Shown piece after piece: positions 1 through 7,752 of a stretch of 64,000 nucleotides of DNA (position 1 is its first letter; the number at the start of each line of letters is the position of its first letter). A program made the position numbers and the translations under genes. Origin of the DNA: a virus (Duplodnaviria; Heunggongvirae; Uroviricota; Caudoviricetes); IMG/VR virus record IMGVR_UViG_3300037307_000307; one strand, 5' to 3'. The notes beneath the pieces are model-generated. The model did no database searches, was not told the DNA's origin, and worked only from the letters and a program-made list of their open reading frames with translations.

Positions 1-105
1 AAAATATAACTATAAGAAGTCTTATTTCACAAGAGATTAAAGCATATTTTGATGAAGAGAAAAGAATAAAAGCTCAAATTCGCTTACAAAAATTAAATAA
101 AATGA

Positions 106-399
106 ATGAAAATGAAAATGAAAGAAAAGAAAATTGAAATAGGAGAGATAATTACATTAAACGGTAAAGAGTATATATCGTATAATTATCATAAAGAACA
201 AATGGCCGCAAAGCCAAATGAAGTTATAAAAAAGGTCATAAAACCAAAAATAATAAGACATCCTTTAGATAAAAAGATAGCTAAAATGATTGATGAATTA
301 AGAAAATATTCTTCTAAAAGGTCAACTCCTTTATATGGAGTTGATGTTGAATGGATAGTTCTAGACGCAAAGATTAAATTATTGGAGAGCTTACAATGA
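106..399 (+). CDS. hypothetical small basic protein
   Basis: 97-aa ORF, K-rich, AT-rich codon usage consistent with neighbours; no recognisable domain. Confidence 0.4.
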   Translation: MKMKMKEKKIEIGEIITLNGKEYISYNYHKEQMAAKPNEVIKKVIKPKIIRHPLDKKIAKMIDELRKYSSKRSTPLYGVDVEWIVLDAKIKLLESLQ

Positions 400-472
400 A
401 TACTCAAGGCGCAATGCAGCGTGGGGCGGGGCCAGGTTTGGTTATGAACGGCCCGGTCGGGAGAGGCGTGGC
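397..472 (+). repeat. GC/G-rich island, family copy 1 (degenerate 5' box, G-rich body, ...ggcgtggcatgg end)
   Basis: Abrupt GC jump in AT-rich context; GGGGCGGGGCC G-runs; shares architecture with copies at 1071, 1326, 1630, 3122 and the array at 25.0-25.8 kb; abuts ATG of next gene. Confidence 0.5.
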
Positions 473-871
473 ATGGAATTAAACTTTGTTACCGACGTTA
501 TGTTAGTAATGCTTGTATCTCTATGGACTTGCATGATAATATTAATACAGATAATGAATTTTATGAGTTGGATGAAAGTTCCATATGAAATGTTTAGCAA
601 ATTATTGAATTTGTTTATTCATTCAATTTTAATATTTACTATGTGGCTTAATATAATTGTTCCAGGAACAATAGTAAGTTGGATTTTAATTGGATTTAGT
701 GCATTATTATTAATAATATATTTTATTTTATCTGGTTATCAGAGAAAGTATATTGATAGAAGAATTGACAAATTAAAAAAAGAAATCGAAAAAGAGATTG
801 AGGAACTTAGAAGATTTGAAGAATTAAATAAAATGTCAAAGAGAATAACAAAAAAATGGAAGAAGAAATAA
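473..871 (+). CDS. membrane protein (3 predicted TM helices) with charged coiled-coil C-terminus
   Basis: Hydrophobic stretches MLVMLVSLWTCMIILIQI, ILIFTMWLNIIVPGTIV, ILIGFSALLLIIYFIL, then KKEIEKEIEELRRFEEL. Confidence 0.45.
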   Translation: MELNFVTDVMLVMLVSLWTCMIILIQIMNFMSWMKVPYEMFSKLLNLFIHSILIFTMWLNIIVPGTIVSWILIGFSALLLIIYFILSGYQRKYIDRRIDKLKKEIEKEIEELRRFEELNKMSKRITKKWKKK

Positions 872-1167
872 ACATATCAGAATTGAAGCCAATAGATTCA
901 GAAGATTCGTATAGTGGTTACATTAACGAGAAATATGGTAGTAAAAGAAAATATGAAATAGATTATAAAAATTTAATATGTTGCGATTGTAAAAAGAATA
1001 AAGCAGAATTGATAAGAGGAACTTCAGATTATTTATGTGTTGATTGTTTTAAAAAATGGCTTGAAACTAGAAAGAATCCTATGGTAGGGCAAATATCCGG
1101 CCCGGTGTTGCCCGGTCAGGCGCCGTGGGGTTCGGCAAGTCAAGGTAAGGAGAAAATAAATGGATAA
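856..1167 (+). CDS. zinc-ribbon protein (CCDC...CVDC); C-terminal 28 aa are encoded by GC-island copy 2
   Basis: Two CxxC pairs; the G/P/A-rich tail (PMVGQISGPVLPGQAPWGSASQG) coincides with the GC-rich element at 1071-1150. Confidence 0.45.
   Translation: MEEEINISELKPIDSEDSYSGYINEKYGSKRKYEIDYKNLICCDCKKNKAELIRGTSDYLCVDCFKKWLETRKNPMVGQISGPVLPGQAPWGSASQGKEKING
1071..1150 (+). repeat. GC/G-rich island, family copy 2 (ends ...ggttcggcaagtcaaggtaagg)
   Basis: GC-rich, G-rich, C-poor 80-nt block with conserved GGyAAGG 3' end; lies inside the 3' end of CDS 856..1167. Confidence 0.5.
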
Positions 1168-1327
1168 AAAATTAGAAGATAGATTGGAAATTATGAAGAG
1201 AGAATTAAAGGAAAGAGAGAAAGTTTTGCAAACAATGGATAAAAATAGTCCTTTTTACGATGTGCTTTATTTAGGATATCTTGAAAGAAAAGAAAAATAT
1301 GATTTGATGAGAGGTGAAAGAAAATGA
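1160..1327 (+). CDS. small charged coiled-coil protein (55 aa; below ORF-track cutoff)
   Basis: ATG at 1160 overlaps the previous stop (ATGGATAA); uninterrupted frame to TGA 1325-1327; bracketed by GC islands 2 and 3. Confidence 0.35.
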   Translation: MDKKLEDRLEIMKRELKEREKVLQTMDKNSPFYDVLYLGYLERKEKYDLMRGERK

Positions 1328-1418
1328 TATTATATTTCCGGTGCGGCATATCGACTGGTAAGGCCGGTTGGGTCAGGCGGGGTAGCGTCCGGTCCGGAAC
1401 GGAAAGGCAAGGTATCAA
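1326..1418 (+). repeat. GC/G-rich island, family copy 3 (ends ...ggtccggaacggaaaggcaaggta)
   Basis: atattatatttccggtg box, G-rich body, then the conserved cggtccggaa...ggaaaggcaaggt terminus. Confidence 0.55.
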
Positions 1419-1448
1419 ATTAACTAAATATTCAAGGAGGAATAAATA

Positions 1449-1571
1449 ATGGCAGAAATATTAGTCAAAAACGCAGTTACGCGTGAACCTGGCTATTTGT
1501 ATTTTGTCGATGCAAAAGGAAATGTTTGCAGAGCCAAAATGTCTAGAGGCAGAAAGAAAAGTAAAAAGTAA
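1449..1571 (+). CDS. small basic protein (40 aa), AGGAGG Shine-Dalgarno
   Basis: aggaggaataaataATG; MAEILVKNAVTREPGYLYFVDAKGNVCRAKMSRGRKKSKK; resembles the 49-aa MAE... ORF at 63488..63637. Confidence 0.35.
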   Translation: MAEILVKNAVTREPGYLYFVDAKGNVCRAKMSRGRKKSKK

Positions 1572-1629
1572 TTATACAAATTGCTTACTACTTACTAAAT
1601 AATTATTAACTTTATTTTATTTATTTTAT

Positions 1630-1716
1630 TCATATTCACGGTGGTTACGGCAGCGTATTGCTCGGTGCTGTCTGGCGCTGGGGGTCGGCGGGGCAAGGCA
1701 CTGAAAGGTAAGGAAA
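1630..1716 (+). repeat. GC/G-rich island, family copy 4 (TCATATTCAcggtgg...ggggcaaggcactgaaaggtaagg)
   Basis: Exact TCATATTCA box at 1630-1638 as in array units; G-runs; conserved 3' end; forms the spurious N-terminus of track ORF 1641..1868. Confidence 0.6.
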
Positions 1717-1727
1717 CATACAACAAA

Positions 1728-1868
1728 ATGATAAAAGAAATATTAGAAAAAATATTCGGTAAAGAAAAGAAATGTATATGTGGTCATTATAGAGACAAAC
1801 ATCATCCAATTGCTGAAAGATGTTTAATCGCTGATTGTGATTGCGGAGATTATGAGGAGTTAGAATGA
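1728..1868 (+). CDS. small Cys/His-rich zinc-binding protein (true start probably ATG at 1728, not 1641)
   Basis: MIKEILEKIFGKEKKCICGHYRDKHHPIAERCLIADCDCGDYEELE; the upstream part of track ORF 1641..1868 is the translated GC island. Confidence 0.35.
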   Translation: MIKEILEKIFGKEKKCICGHYRDKHHPIAERCLIADCDCGDYEELE

Positions 1869-2236
1869 AAAAACAAATAACAATGTTGAGAAACAAAATA
1901 TTAGCGGCAAAAGTGTATATCGGTAGAAGTGCGAGTTATGTTTCATTGTTAAATATGGGAATGATTATGTTTTTAACATTTTCAAAGTTGAGAGAAAAGA
2001 ATTTGATAGATTTAGATATGGGCGCTTATTTCATACCGCTTTATTTCGCAACTTTATTTTTATTCATATTATTTGGATATATAGATATAAAATTATTGAA
2101 AGGTCATAAAACTGAAACTGACATATTTAACAGTGTAACTCCTTTACACCCAGAATTAGCCGACCTAAAGAAAAAAGTGGATTATCTATATCAAAAGGAA
2201 ATGGAGGTAAAAAATGAAAACAAAAATAAAGAATAA
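1865..2236 (+). CDS. membrane protein
   Basis: Start overlaps previous stop; TM segments LLNMGMIMFLTF and FIPLYFATLFLFILFGYI. Confidence 0.4.
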   Translation: MKKQITMLRNKILAAKVYIGRSASYVSLLNMGMIMFLTFSKLREKNLIDLDMGAYFIPLYFATLFLFILFGYIDIKLLKGHKTETDIFNSVTPLHPELADLKKKVDYLYQKEMEVKNENKNKE

Positions 2237-2326
2237 GAAAATGAAAAAGAAATCTTGGTTGATAAGATTTAGAGATTATATGTTTAAATGGGCAGATGAA
2301 GCCGATAAAGGATGGGGTAGTCCACC

Positions 2327-2554
2327 ATGAACACTCATAAATTAAAACTAAAACTAAATGCAAGACTAATTCAATTAGAAAGCGAAAAGAAAATGATAAT
2401 GGATATTTTAGAAGAAATTACAAATATAAATTTACCTAGATGCCCATATTGCAATGTTTCAAATTTAAGATTTAATAAAGACAATACTTGTTTTTGTAGG
2501 TCATGTGGTCAATGGTCAGAAAAGATAGGAGATAGAATAATAAAACATGAATGA
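2327..2554 (+). CDS. zinc-ribbon protein
   Basis: CPYCN...CFCRSCGQW motif pair. Confidence 0.4.
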   Translation: MNTHKLKLKLNARLIQLESEKKMIMDILEEITNINLPRCPYCNVSNLRFNKDNTCFCRSCGQWSEKIGDRIIKHE

Positions 2555-2871
2555 AAAAGTAAAACAGCTTTGGGAAATATCAAAAGAACAAGAAGAAGTT
2601 TTTATAAAAAGTTTGCCTAGATTAGTCGAAAAAGATGATATTCCATTAGAAGAGTTATTGAAATTGATTAGAGCCGCGGAATATAGAAGAGGAAAAAGTG
2701 ATGGGCAGGAGGAAAAAAGATGAAAGAATTAGCTTATGTTTTTATCGGTTTGAGTATAGGAATGTTGTCTCCTTTAGAAGAGGCAAGTAAATTATATGCA
2801 CTGATTCCTTTGTTTGTTGGAATATTTCTATATTTCTTTGAAGTTTATGATAATTATAAAGGAGGAGAAAG

Positions 2872-3126
2872 ATGATACAAACAGTTCAGACATTAGACGT
2901 GTTCGATAGAAGTAGATGTTTAGAAGTGAAATTCTTCTATGTAGAGAATACAGAAAGACAAATGAATTTTGATTCAAGTGGAATGACTTATAAAAGTGCT
3001 AGAGAATATCTAAAACAAGACGGAGAAGTCATGGGTTTAGATACACTTCCATTAAATATGGAAAGATTTGGAGTTCCGAATAACTTGAATGAATGGCTTA
3101 GAGACAGGACATATCAAATTAGATAA
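2872..3126 (+). CDS. hypothetical protein
   Basis: Preceded by aaaggaggagaaag SD; 84-aa ORF. Confidence 0.4.
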   Translation: MIQTVQTLDVFDRSRCLEVKFFYVENTERQMNFDSSGMTYKSAREYLKQDGEVMGLDTLPLNMERFGVPNNLNEWLRDRTYQIR

Positions 3127-3198
3127 TATTCGTGGTTATGCGGGGTGGAGTTCGGTAATAGTTAGGTATCGTAAGCTTCGGTCCGGAAAGGCAAGGTT
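3122..3198 (+). repeat. GC/G-rich island, family copy 5 (aatattcgtggttatgcgggg...cttcggtccggaaaggcaaggtt)
   Basis: Same box/body/terminus architecture; sits between CDS 2872..3126 and CDS 3227..3475. Confidence 0.6.
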
Positions 3199-3226
3199 TA
3201 AATAAATAAAAAACATTATAAAAACA

Positions 3227-3475
3227 ATGAAAATGATAATGAAAAAAATGAAATATATTTTTGAAATAATAACGCTAATAATAATTATTTTAGCATTTTT
3301 CTCTTTAATATTTAATTGGTCTTGGAGATATTATCCTATTGGATATGTTATAGGATATGCTCTTGCAGTTGTAATAGAAAGATTGACAAGTCCAATGATA
3401 AAAGGTTTTGTGAAAGATATGAATAAACTCGAAGAGAAAAGAATGGAGGAAGAGACTTACTATGCGTTCAGATGA
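3227..3475 (+). CDS. membrane protein
   Basis: IFEIITLIIIILAFFSLIF and IGYVIGYALAVVI hydrophobic helices. Confidence 0.4.
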   Translation: MKMIMKKMKYIFEIITLIIIILAFFSLIFNWSWRYYPIGYVIGYALAVVIERLTSPMIKGFVKDMNKLEEKRMEEETYYAFR

Positions 3476-3713
3476 GATTAGAATGAATAAATACGATTAT
3501 TATATTATAGCTATTGTTGTAATATGTGTATTATTATTTATGTTTTATATATTTTCAAAACCATCAGTCGGAGAAGTTAACGACAATTATTATCATATGG
3601 GCTATGTTGATTGTGAGAGAAACTATAATTTTACTTCAGATGAGATGATGTTACTAAATACTTACAGAATATATAAAATTGAAAACAAAACAATAGAGGT
3701 TGTAGTAAAATGA
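3462..3713 (+). CDS. membrane protein
   Basis: YYIIAIVVICVLLFMFYIF TM helix; overlapping start with upstream gene. Confidence 0.4.
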   Translation: MRSDEIRMNKYDYYIIAIVVICVLLFMFYIFSKPSVGEVNDNYYHMGYVDCERNYNFTSDEMMLLNTYRIYKIENKTIEVVVK

Positions 3714-3889
3714 AGAAGAATGAATTAAAAGTTACAATTGAATGTGAGATATGTAAAAATCGAGCTAATTCAAAAGATGTTTTAATATTTTCTCGTTATT
3801 GTGATAATTGTAAGGAAAGAGAGTTTTATTATTTTTGTTCAGATGGATGCTTTGCGCATTTCATAGAACATATAAGGAGAATGAAATGA
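3710..3889 (+). CDS. Cys-rich zinc-binding small protein (59 aa, not in ORF track)
   Basis: ATG 3710 overlaps previous stop; MKKNELKVTIECEICKNRANSKDVLIFSRYCDNCKEREFYYFCSDGCFAHFIEHIRRMK; stop TGA 3887-3889 overlaps the next ATG. Confidence 0.35.
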   Translation: MKKNELKVTIECEICKNRANSKDVLIFSRYCDNCKEREFYYFCSDGCFAHFIEHIRRMK

Positions 3890-4110
3890 TATTGAAAGGA
3901 ATAAAATTAGAAGGAAGAGTTAGAATATACATAATGTCTTTTGTTATGTTAGGTTTCGGAACCGCTGCATTTGAATTACCAAAACTTTGGATGAAATTTA
4001 TCGGAGTTGGAGTTTTATCTGGAACATATATTTATGCAACAACTTATGTTGCCAAGAAATTCGCTTATAAAAGAAATACTCAACACAAATGTAAGGAGGT
4101 AAAAACATAA
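3886..4110 (+). CDS. membrane protein (start at MILKGIK rather than track start 3835)
   Basis: ATGA overlap with upstream stop; IMSFVMLGFGTAAF and IGVGVLSGTYIYATTYV helices. Confidence 0.4.
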   Translation: MILKGIKLEGRVRIYIMSFVMLGFGTAAFELPKLWMKFIGVGVLSGTYIYATTYVAKKFAYKRNTQHKCKEVKT

Positions 4111-4274
4111 TGACAGACGAATTTACAGATGAATTTGTAGAAGATGTCTCCCAAGATGCTGAAGTTGACGACGAAGATTTTGACGAAGAATACGAAGATG
4201 AAGAAGAAGTATTCGACGAAGAAGTTTCCGACGATGGCAAAGTAGATTGGTGGGGCACTCCTTTTGCTTGGTAG
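4110..4274 (+). CDS. small highly acidic protein (54 aa)
   Basis: aaggaggtaaaaacataATG SD; MTDEFTDEFVEDVSQDAEVDDEDFDEEYEDEEEVFDEEVSDDGKVDWWGTPFAW. Confidence 0.4.
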   Translation: MTDEFTDEFVEDVSQDAEVDDEDFDEEYEDEEEVFDEEVSDDGKVDWWGTPFAW

Positions 4275-4591
4275 AAGACCATTATTTTTGTATCTGTCCA
4301 GAAGACGGACAGATTGAATGGTATGAATTAAATGAGGAAGAAGAACATAGTTTAGACCCTAGCAGAGTTAACTATCTAAAATCTGATGGAAATATAGCTT
4401 ATAGCAACGCCTATAAAAGATTGAAAGACAAAGAATATTTAGATATTGTATGTAGATTTTGTGAATGTCCTGTTATTCTCATACCTTTCAGTGTCTGTAA
4501 TTTGGAAGATAGAAAAAAAGTATTTAAAATGACGAAGGAAGAAAGAATAAAATACGCTGAAAGATTCGAATTACTAGATAATTTAGATTAA
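4247..4591 (+). CDS. zinc-binding protein
   Basis: CLVEDHYFCICPEDG...CRFCECP cysteine pairs. Confidence 0.4.
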   Translation: MVGHSFCLVEDHYFCICPEDGQIEWYELNEEEEHSLDPSRVNYLKSDGNIAYSNAYKRLKDKEYLDIVCRFCECPVILIPFSVCNLEDRKKVFKMTKEERIKYAERFELLDNLD

Positions 4592-4592
4592 A

Positions 4593-4952
4593 ATGAGTTA
4601 TAAAAAATACGGAATAAGCTTTGAGAAAAAAATTCATAACGGATGGGAAGAGCATCAACGTTTATTGAAAAGTAAAGACCCGAAAGCGATTACTTATGTG
4701 AAAATGTTAAAAAGTAATAGTTTCGGTCATCCTCATCCAATGGGATATTTCTATAAATGGCACTATGTTTTTACATCAAAGAAGGGAACTGTGTCTTTAA
4801 TAAAATTATTAGATTACCATCGGACCGGTGAGCATATCTGGGAGATTTTAATAGGAGATTGTAAAGATGGTAATATTGAAAGGTTTTATAAACATGAAGA
4901 TGCTTCTAAAAGAATAATAGAGATATTGAGGAATGATAGAGATGAAAAATAA
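4593..4952 (+). CDS. hypothetical protein
   Basis: 119-aa ORF, tightly coupled to neighbours. Confidence 0.4.
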   Translation: MSYKKYGISFEKKIHNGWEEHQRLLKSKDPKAITYVKMLKSNSFGHPHPMGYFYKWHYVFTSKKGTVSLIKLLDYHRTGEHIWEILIGDCKDGNIERFYKHEDASKRIIEILRNDRDEK

Positions 4953-5622
4953 AAAAGCCGAATTAAACCCGATAGCAATTGTTGTTATTATAGTATTTCT
5001 TGGTTTGATAGTGTTCTTTGCAATAAAATACGCTACATCAGAAGATGAAACTGAATTAAATGTTACTAAAATAAATGGTTCAATTTCTTCAACTGCAACT
5101 AAATATGTAAATCCTTCAACGGGAGCGGTTAATATCACTGGCGGAAAAGATTTGACAGTAAAAAGTATTGATGATATAAATTACACATTAGACCCAACGA
5201 ATAAATCTCAAGTTCTTGTTAGAGTTGTATATCCTAATAGTTCTATGACTCCGGGAGATATAATGTCTTCAAATGTAACTGAGATATGTGTGAGTGGATA
5301 TTCTGATAGTGTAAGAAGTGTCTCGGATTCATTAAGAACGCAAGTTTATGAACAATACAAATTATCTCCAGACCAACCCGAAGGAACATTTGAAGTCGAC
5401 CATTTGATACCTTTATCAATCGGTGGAAGTAACGATATTAAGAATCTATGGCCTCAGCCTAGAGACCCTAGACCTGGATATAAAGAGAAAGATGTTTTAG
5501 AGAATTATTATCATAGACAAGTATGTGCCGGTAAAATGGATTTAAGAGAGGCGCAGGCTATGATGGCACAGAATTGGTTCCAAGGATATGTAAATGCTAG
5601 AGCCGAAGGTGGAATAAAATGA
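4933..5622 (+). CDS. membrane-anchored HNH-family nuclease with sequon-rich extracytoplasmic region
   Basis: N-terminal TM IAIVVIIVFLGLIVFFAI; motif FEVDHLIPLSIGGSNDIKNLWPQP (DH..P..GG.N..NL = HNH core) and VCAGK; many N-x-T/S. Confidence 0.5.
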   Translation: MIEMKNKKAELNPIAIVVIIVFLGLIVFFAIKYATSEDETELNVTKINGSISSTATKYVNPSTGAVNITGGKDLTVKSIDDINYTLDPTNKSQVLVRVVYPNSSMTPGDIMSSNVTEICVSGYSDSVRSVSDSLRTQVYEQYKLSPDQPEGTFEVDHLIPLSIGGSNDIKNLWPQPRDPRPGYKEKDVLENYYHRQVCAGKMDLREAQAMMAQNWFQGYVNARAEGGIK

Positions 5623-5771
5623 CATTTGCAGAAACATTTGGTGCTATCGGTAAAATAATAGATGAAGTATTGGATTGGCATTTGAATTTACCATGGTATG
5701 TTTTAATTCCAGTAATTATAATATATTTCGTAGCTTTTTGGGCACTAAATAAATATATAATGCCTAAATAG
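5619..5771 (+). CDS. small membrane protein (50 aa, not in track)
   Basis: ATG overlaps upstream TGA; LPWYVLIPVIIIYFVAFWAL helix. Confidence 0.3.
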   Translation: MTFAETFGAIGKIIDEVLDWHLNLPWYVLIPVIIIYFVAFWALNKYIMPK

Positions 5772-5782
5772 TATAAATTAAA

Positions 5783-5986
5783 ATGACAGCAAGAAAAATA
5801 GATAAGTTAGAGCAAAGATTGTATAGAACAATCAAAGATATAAGAGAAGCTTCAACTCCTAGAGAAGTGACAGAATATATCAGACAGTTTGGAAGATTAG
5901 AACATCAATATGTAAAACTCACTGGTTCCAGGTTTAGCCCTGTTAAAGACCATGAGGAATTACAAGATGTTGAGTGGAGATATTGA
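5783..5986 (+). CDS. hypothetical protein
   Basis: 67-aa ORF. Confidence 0.35.
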   Translation: MTARKIDKLEQRLYRTIKDIREASTPREVTEYIRQFGRLEHQYVKLTGSRFSPVKDHEELQDVEWRY

Positions 5987-6127
5987 ATTACCTACAAAAG
6001 AAGAAATGGAATATTTAGATAGATATTTTCCTAAAGGAGATAAACGTAGAGGAGATGCTTTAGTTATATATGCTTACATGAAAAACAAATTAGTTAATGC
6101 TCAAAAAAAGTATAAGGAGGTGAAAAG

Positions 6128-6520
6128 ATGAAAGTTATAGTCAACGAGACAATGAGAGTTGAAATCGATTTGCCTGCAGGAGATGTGACTTTTGAGGACT
6201 TCAAATTATTGGTCAAAAAACTGAACGTTGTAGTATCCACGTTTTCAGGGGATACTAGCGCAAAACAAATCAGTCATGGCAAGAAACCATTTGTTCAAAG
6301 GAACAGGTCGGATATAATATCTTTAATGAAAGATACTCTTGCTTTGGGGCCATATCCAGAAGAAACAAAACTGGATGAAGTTCTTCAAAAGCACAGTGTA
6401 GGCAAATCTGTTTATAATCAATTCAAATGGAGATGGCTTGAAAAATACCAAATCACTCCACAAGAAGTAGGATTGACGGAATTTCCTGCCAAAGCTCCCG
6501 GAAGACCTAAAGTGAATTAA
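6128..6520 (+). CDS. hypothetical protein
   Basis: Strong SD aaggaggtgaaaagATG; 130 aa. Confidence 0.45.
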   Translation: MKVIVNETMRVEIDLPAGDVTFEDFKLLVKKLNVVVSTFSGDTSAKQISHGKKPFVQRNRSDIISLMKDTLALGPYPEETKLDEVLQKHSVGKSVYNQFKWRWLEKYQITPQEVGLTEFPAKAPGRPKVN

Positions 6521-6521
6521 A

Positions 6522-7007
6522 ATGGGATTCTGGAAATTTACTTTTTTTATGTTATTATTAATTATTTCAATAACACTATATTCTATACAATCAACAATGA
6601 CGCACGAATATTTGCATCAATTAATATTTGCAAAATATGGCATTGAATCTAATGTAACTTATAACTTTGGACCGGCGTTTAAAGAGCAGCTCCAGGACGT
6701 TATACACTTTAGAATTATCGATGATAATATGTCATTACTTGATAAACAACCAATGGCGTGGACGACACCTGCATGGAACACAACTGGTGAATGCACGGAA
6801 ACATGTAGATTATTACATACTCAAGTAGAGATATCAGATAATCAAACAGAAAACATAGTTCAAGTTCTTTTTCTTTTCGCCATATTATGGTTAGCGTATC
6901 AATATTTTTCTGAACAAAATATAAAAAGGGTATATGTATATGAAAAAAAAGATAAAGAAGATGAAGAAGATGAAGAGCCTAGATTTAATATAGAAACAAG
7001 AGATTAA
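6522..7007 (+). CDS. membrane protein with acidic C-terminus
   Basis: Start coupled to upstream stop; FWKFTFFMLLLIISITLY and VQVLFLFAILWLAY helices; DKEDEEDEE tail. Confidence 0.45.
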   Translation: MGFWKFTFFMLLLIISITLYSIQSTMTHEYLHQLIFAKYGIESNVTYNFGPAFKEQLQDVIHFRIIDDNMSLLDKQPMAWTTPAWNTTGECTETCRLLHTQVEISDNQTENIVQVLFLFAILWLAYQYFSEQNIKRVYVYEKKDKEDEEDEEPRFNIETRD

Positions 7008-7714
7008 GGCCTGCCCCAAGTATCTGAATATAAGCTATCATTATCAGATTCTTCTGAATAGAACAATCCACCTTCCGCAATTGCGGCATATGCTGCTGCA
7101 ATCATAAACAATATTCCTAAGCCCAAGAAAATCCATCCTATTCCTGTTGTATACATATCAGATAAGAAGTTTCCTACTCCATAGATAAGAACATATAATC
7201 CTGTAAGTATAAATAAAGTTGAGGCTATAAATCCAATATAATTATTTTTCAATAATATTGCGAGAATTAAAAGTACTATAGAGGCGATAGATAAAATAAT
7301 AAAAAGTGATTGACTACCTCCAGTTCCAATATCTAAATAAAATCTTTGAGAACCACTGGTTCCTGAATATGTGCACACCATATCACATTTGTAAGAACCT
7401 ATAGAATAATTTGCATATGGTAAAGTGTAATTAAAAAAAGAAGCTCCATAAGTCATTGGTTGATTATTTACAATAACCTGATTGTCCGGGTCATAAACCG
7501 TAATTGAACAATTTGTTCCAACTGGACAATTAGCGCCATTATAATAACAAGGATTCATAATATCAATAACCGAACCTTGTTTGTAATCATAAGCAACTCT
7601 TGAGATTGAAATGTCTGCCGCAGAAACAAAACTAGAAGCTCCTAAAAATAATAATAAAGTTATTAGTAAATCAATAGCTAACAAGATAAATATCTTTTTA
7701 ATATTCTTTGTCAT
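7004..7714 (-). CDS. secreted/membrane protein, 2nd gene of the minus-strand operon (start taken at MTKNIKK)
   Basis: Signal peptide IFILLAIDLLITLLLFLGASSFVSA|AD; Cys-rich sequon-rich ectodomain; 4 C-terminal TM helices. Confidence 0.5.
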   Translation of the reverse strand: MTKNIKKIFILLAIDLLITLLLFLGASSFVSAADISISRVAYDYKQGSVIDIMNPCYYNGANCPVGTNCSITVYDPDNQVIVNNQPMTYGASFFNYTLPYANYSIGSYKCDMVCTYSGTSGSQRFYLDIGTGGSQSLFIILSIASIVLLILAILLKNNYIGFIASTLFILTGLYVLIYGVGNFLSDMYTTGIGWIFLGLGILFMIAAAYAAIAEGGLFYSEESDNDSLYSDTWGRP

Positions 7715-7752
7715 GTTATTACCACGCTGCTCTGGTTTATAAATTTGGTTAG

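Noticed and set aside
1641-1727. N-terminal extension of ORF 1641..1868
   Set aside because: This stretch is the translated GC island (copy 4). A proper ATG with an upstream purine-rich stretch is at 1728.
1400-3200. GGCAAGG/GGTAAGG at island 3' ends acting as the Shine-Dalgarno of downstream genes
   Set aside because: The distance to the ATG is 15-35 nt, too far for an SD, and separate AGGAGG-type SDs are present (for example at 1436-1441). The motif is also conserved in array units that precede no ORF.
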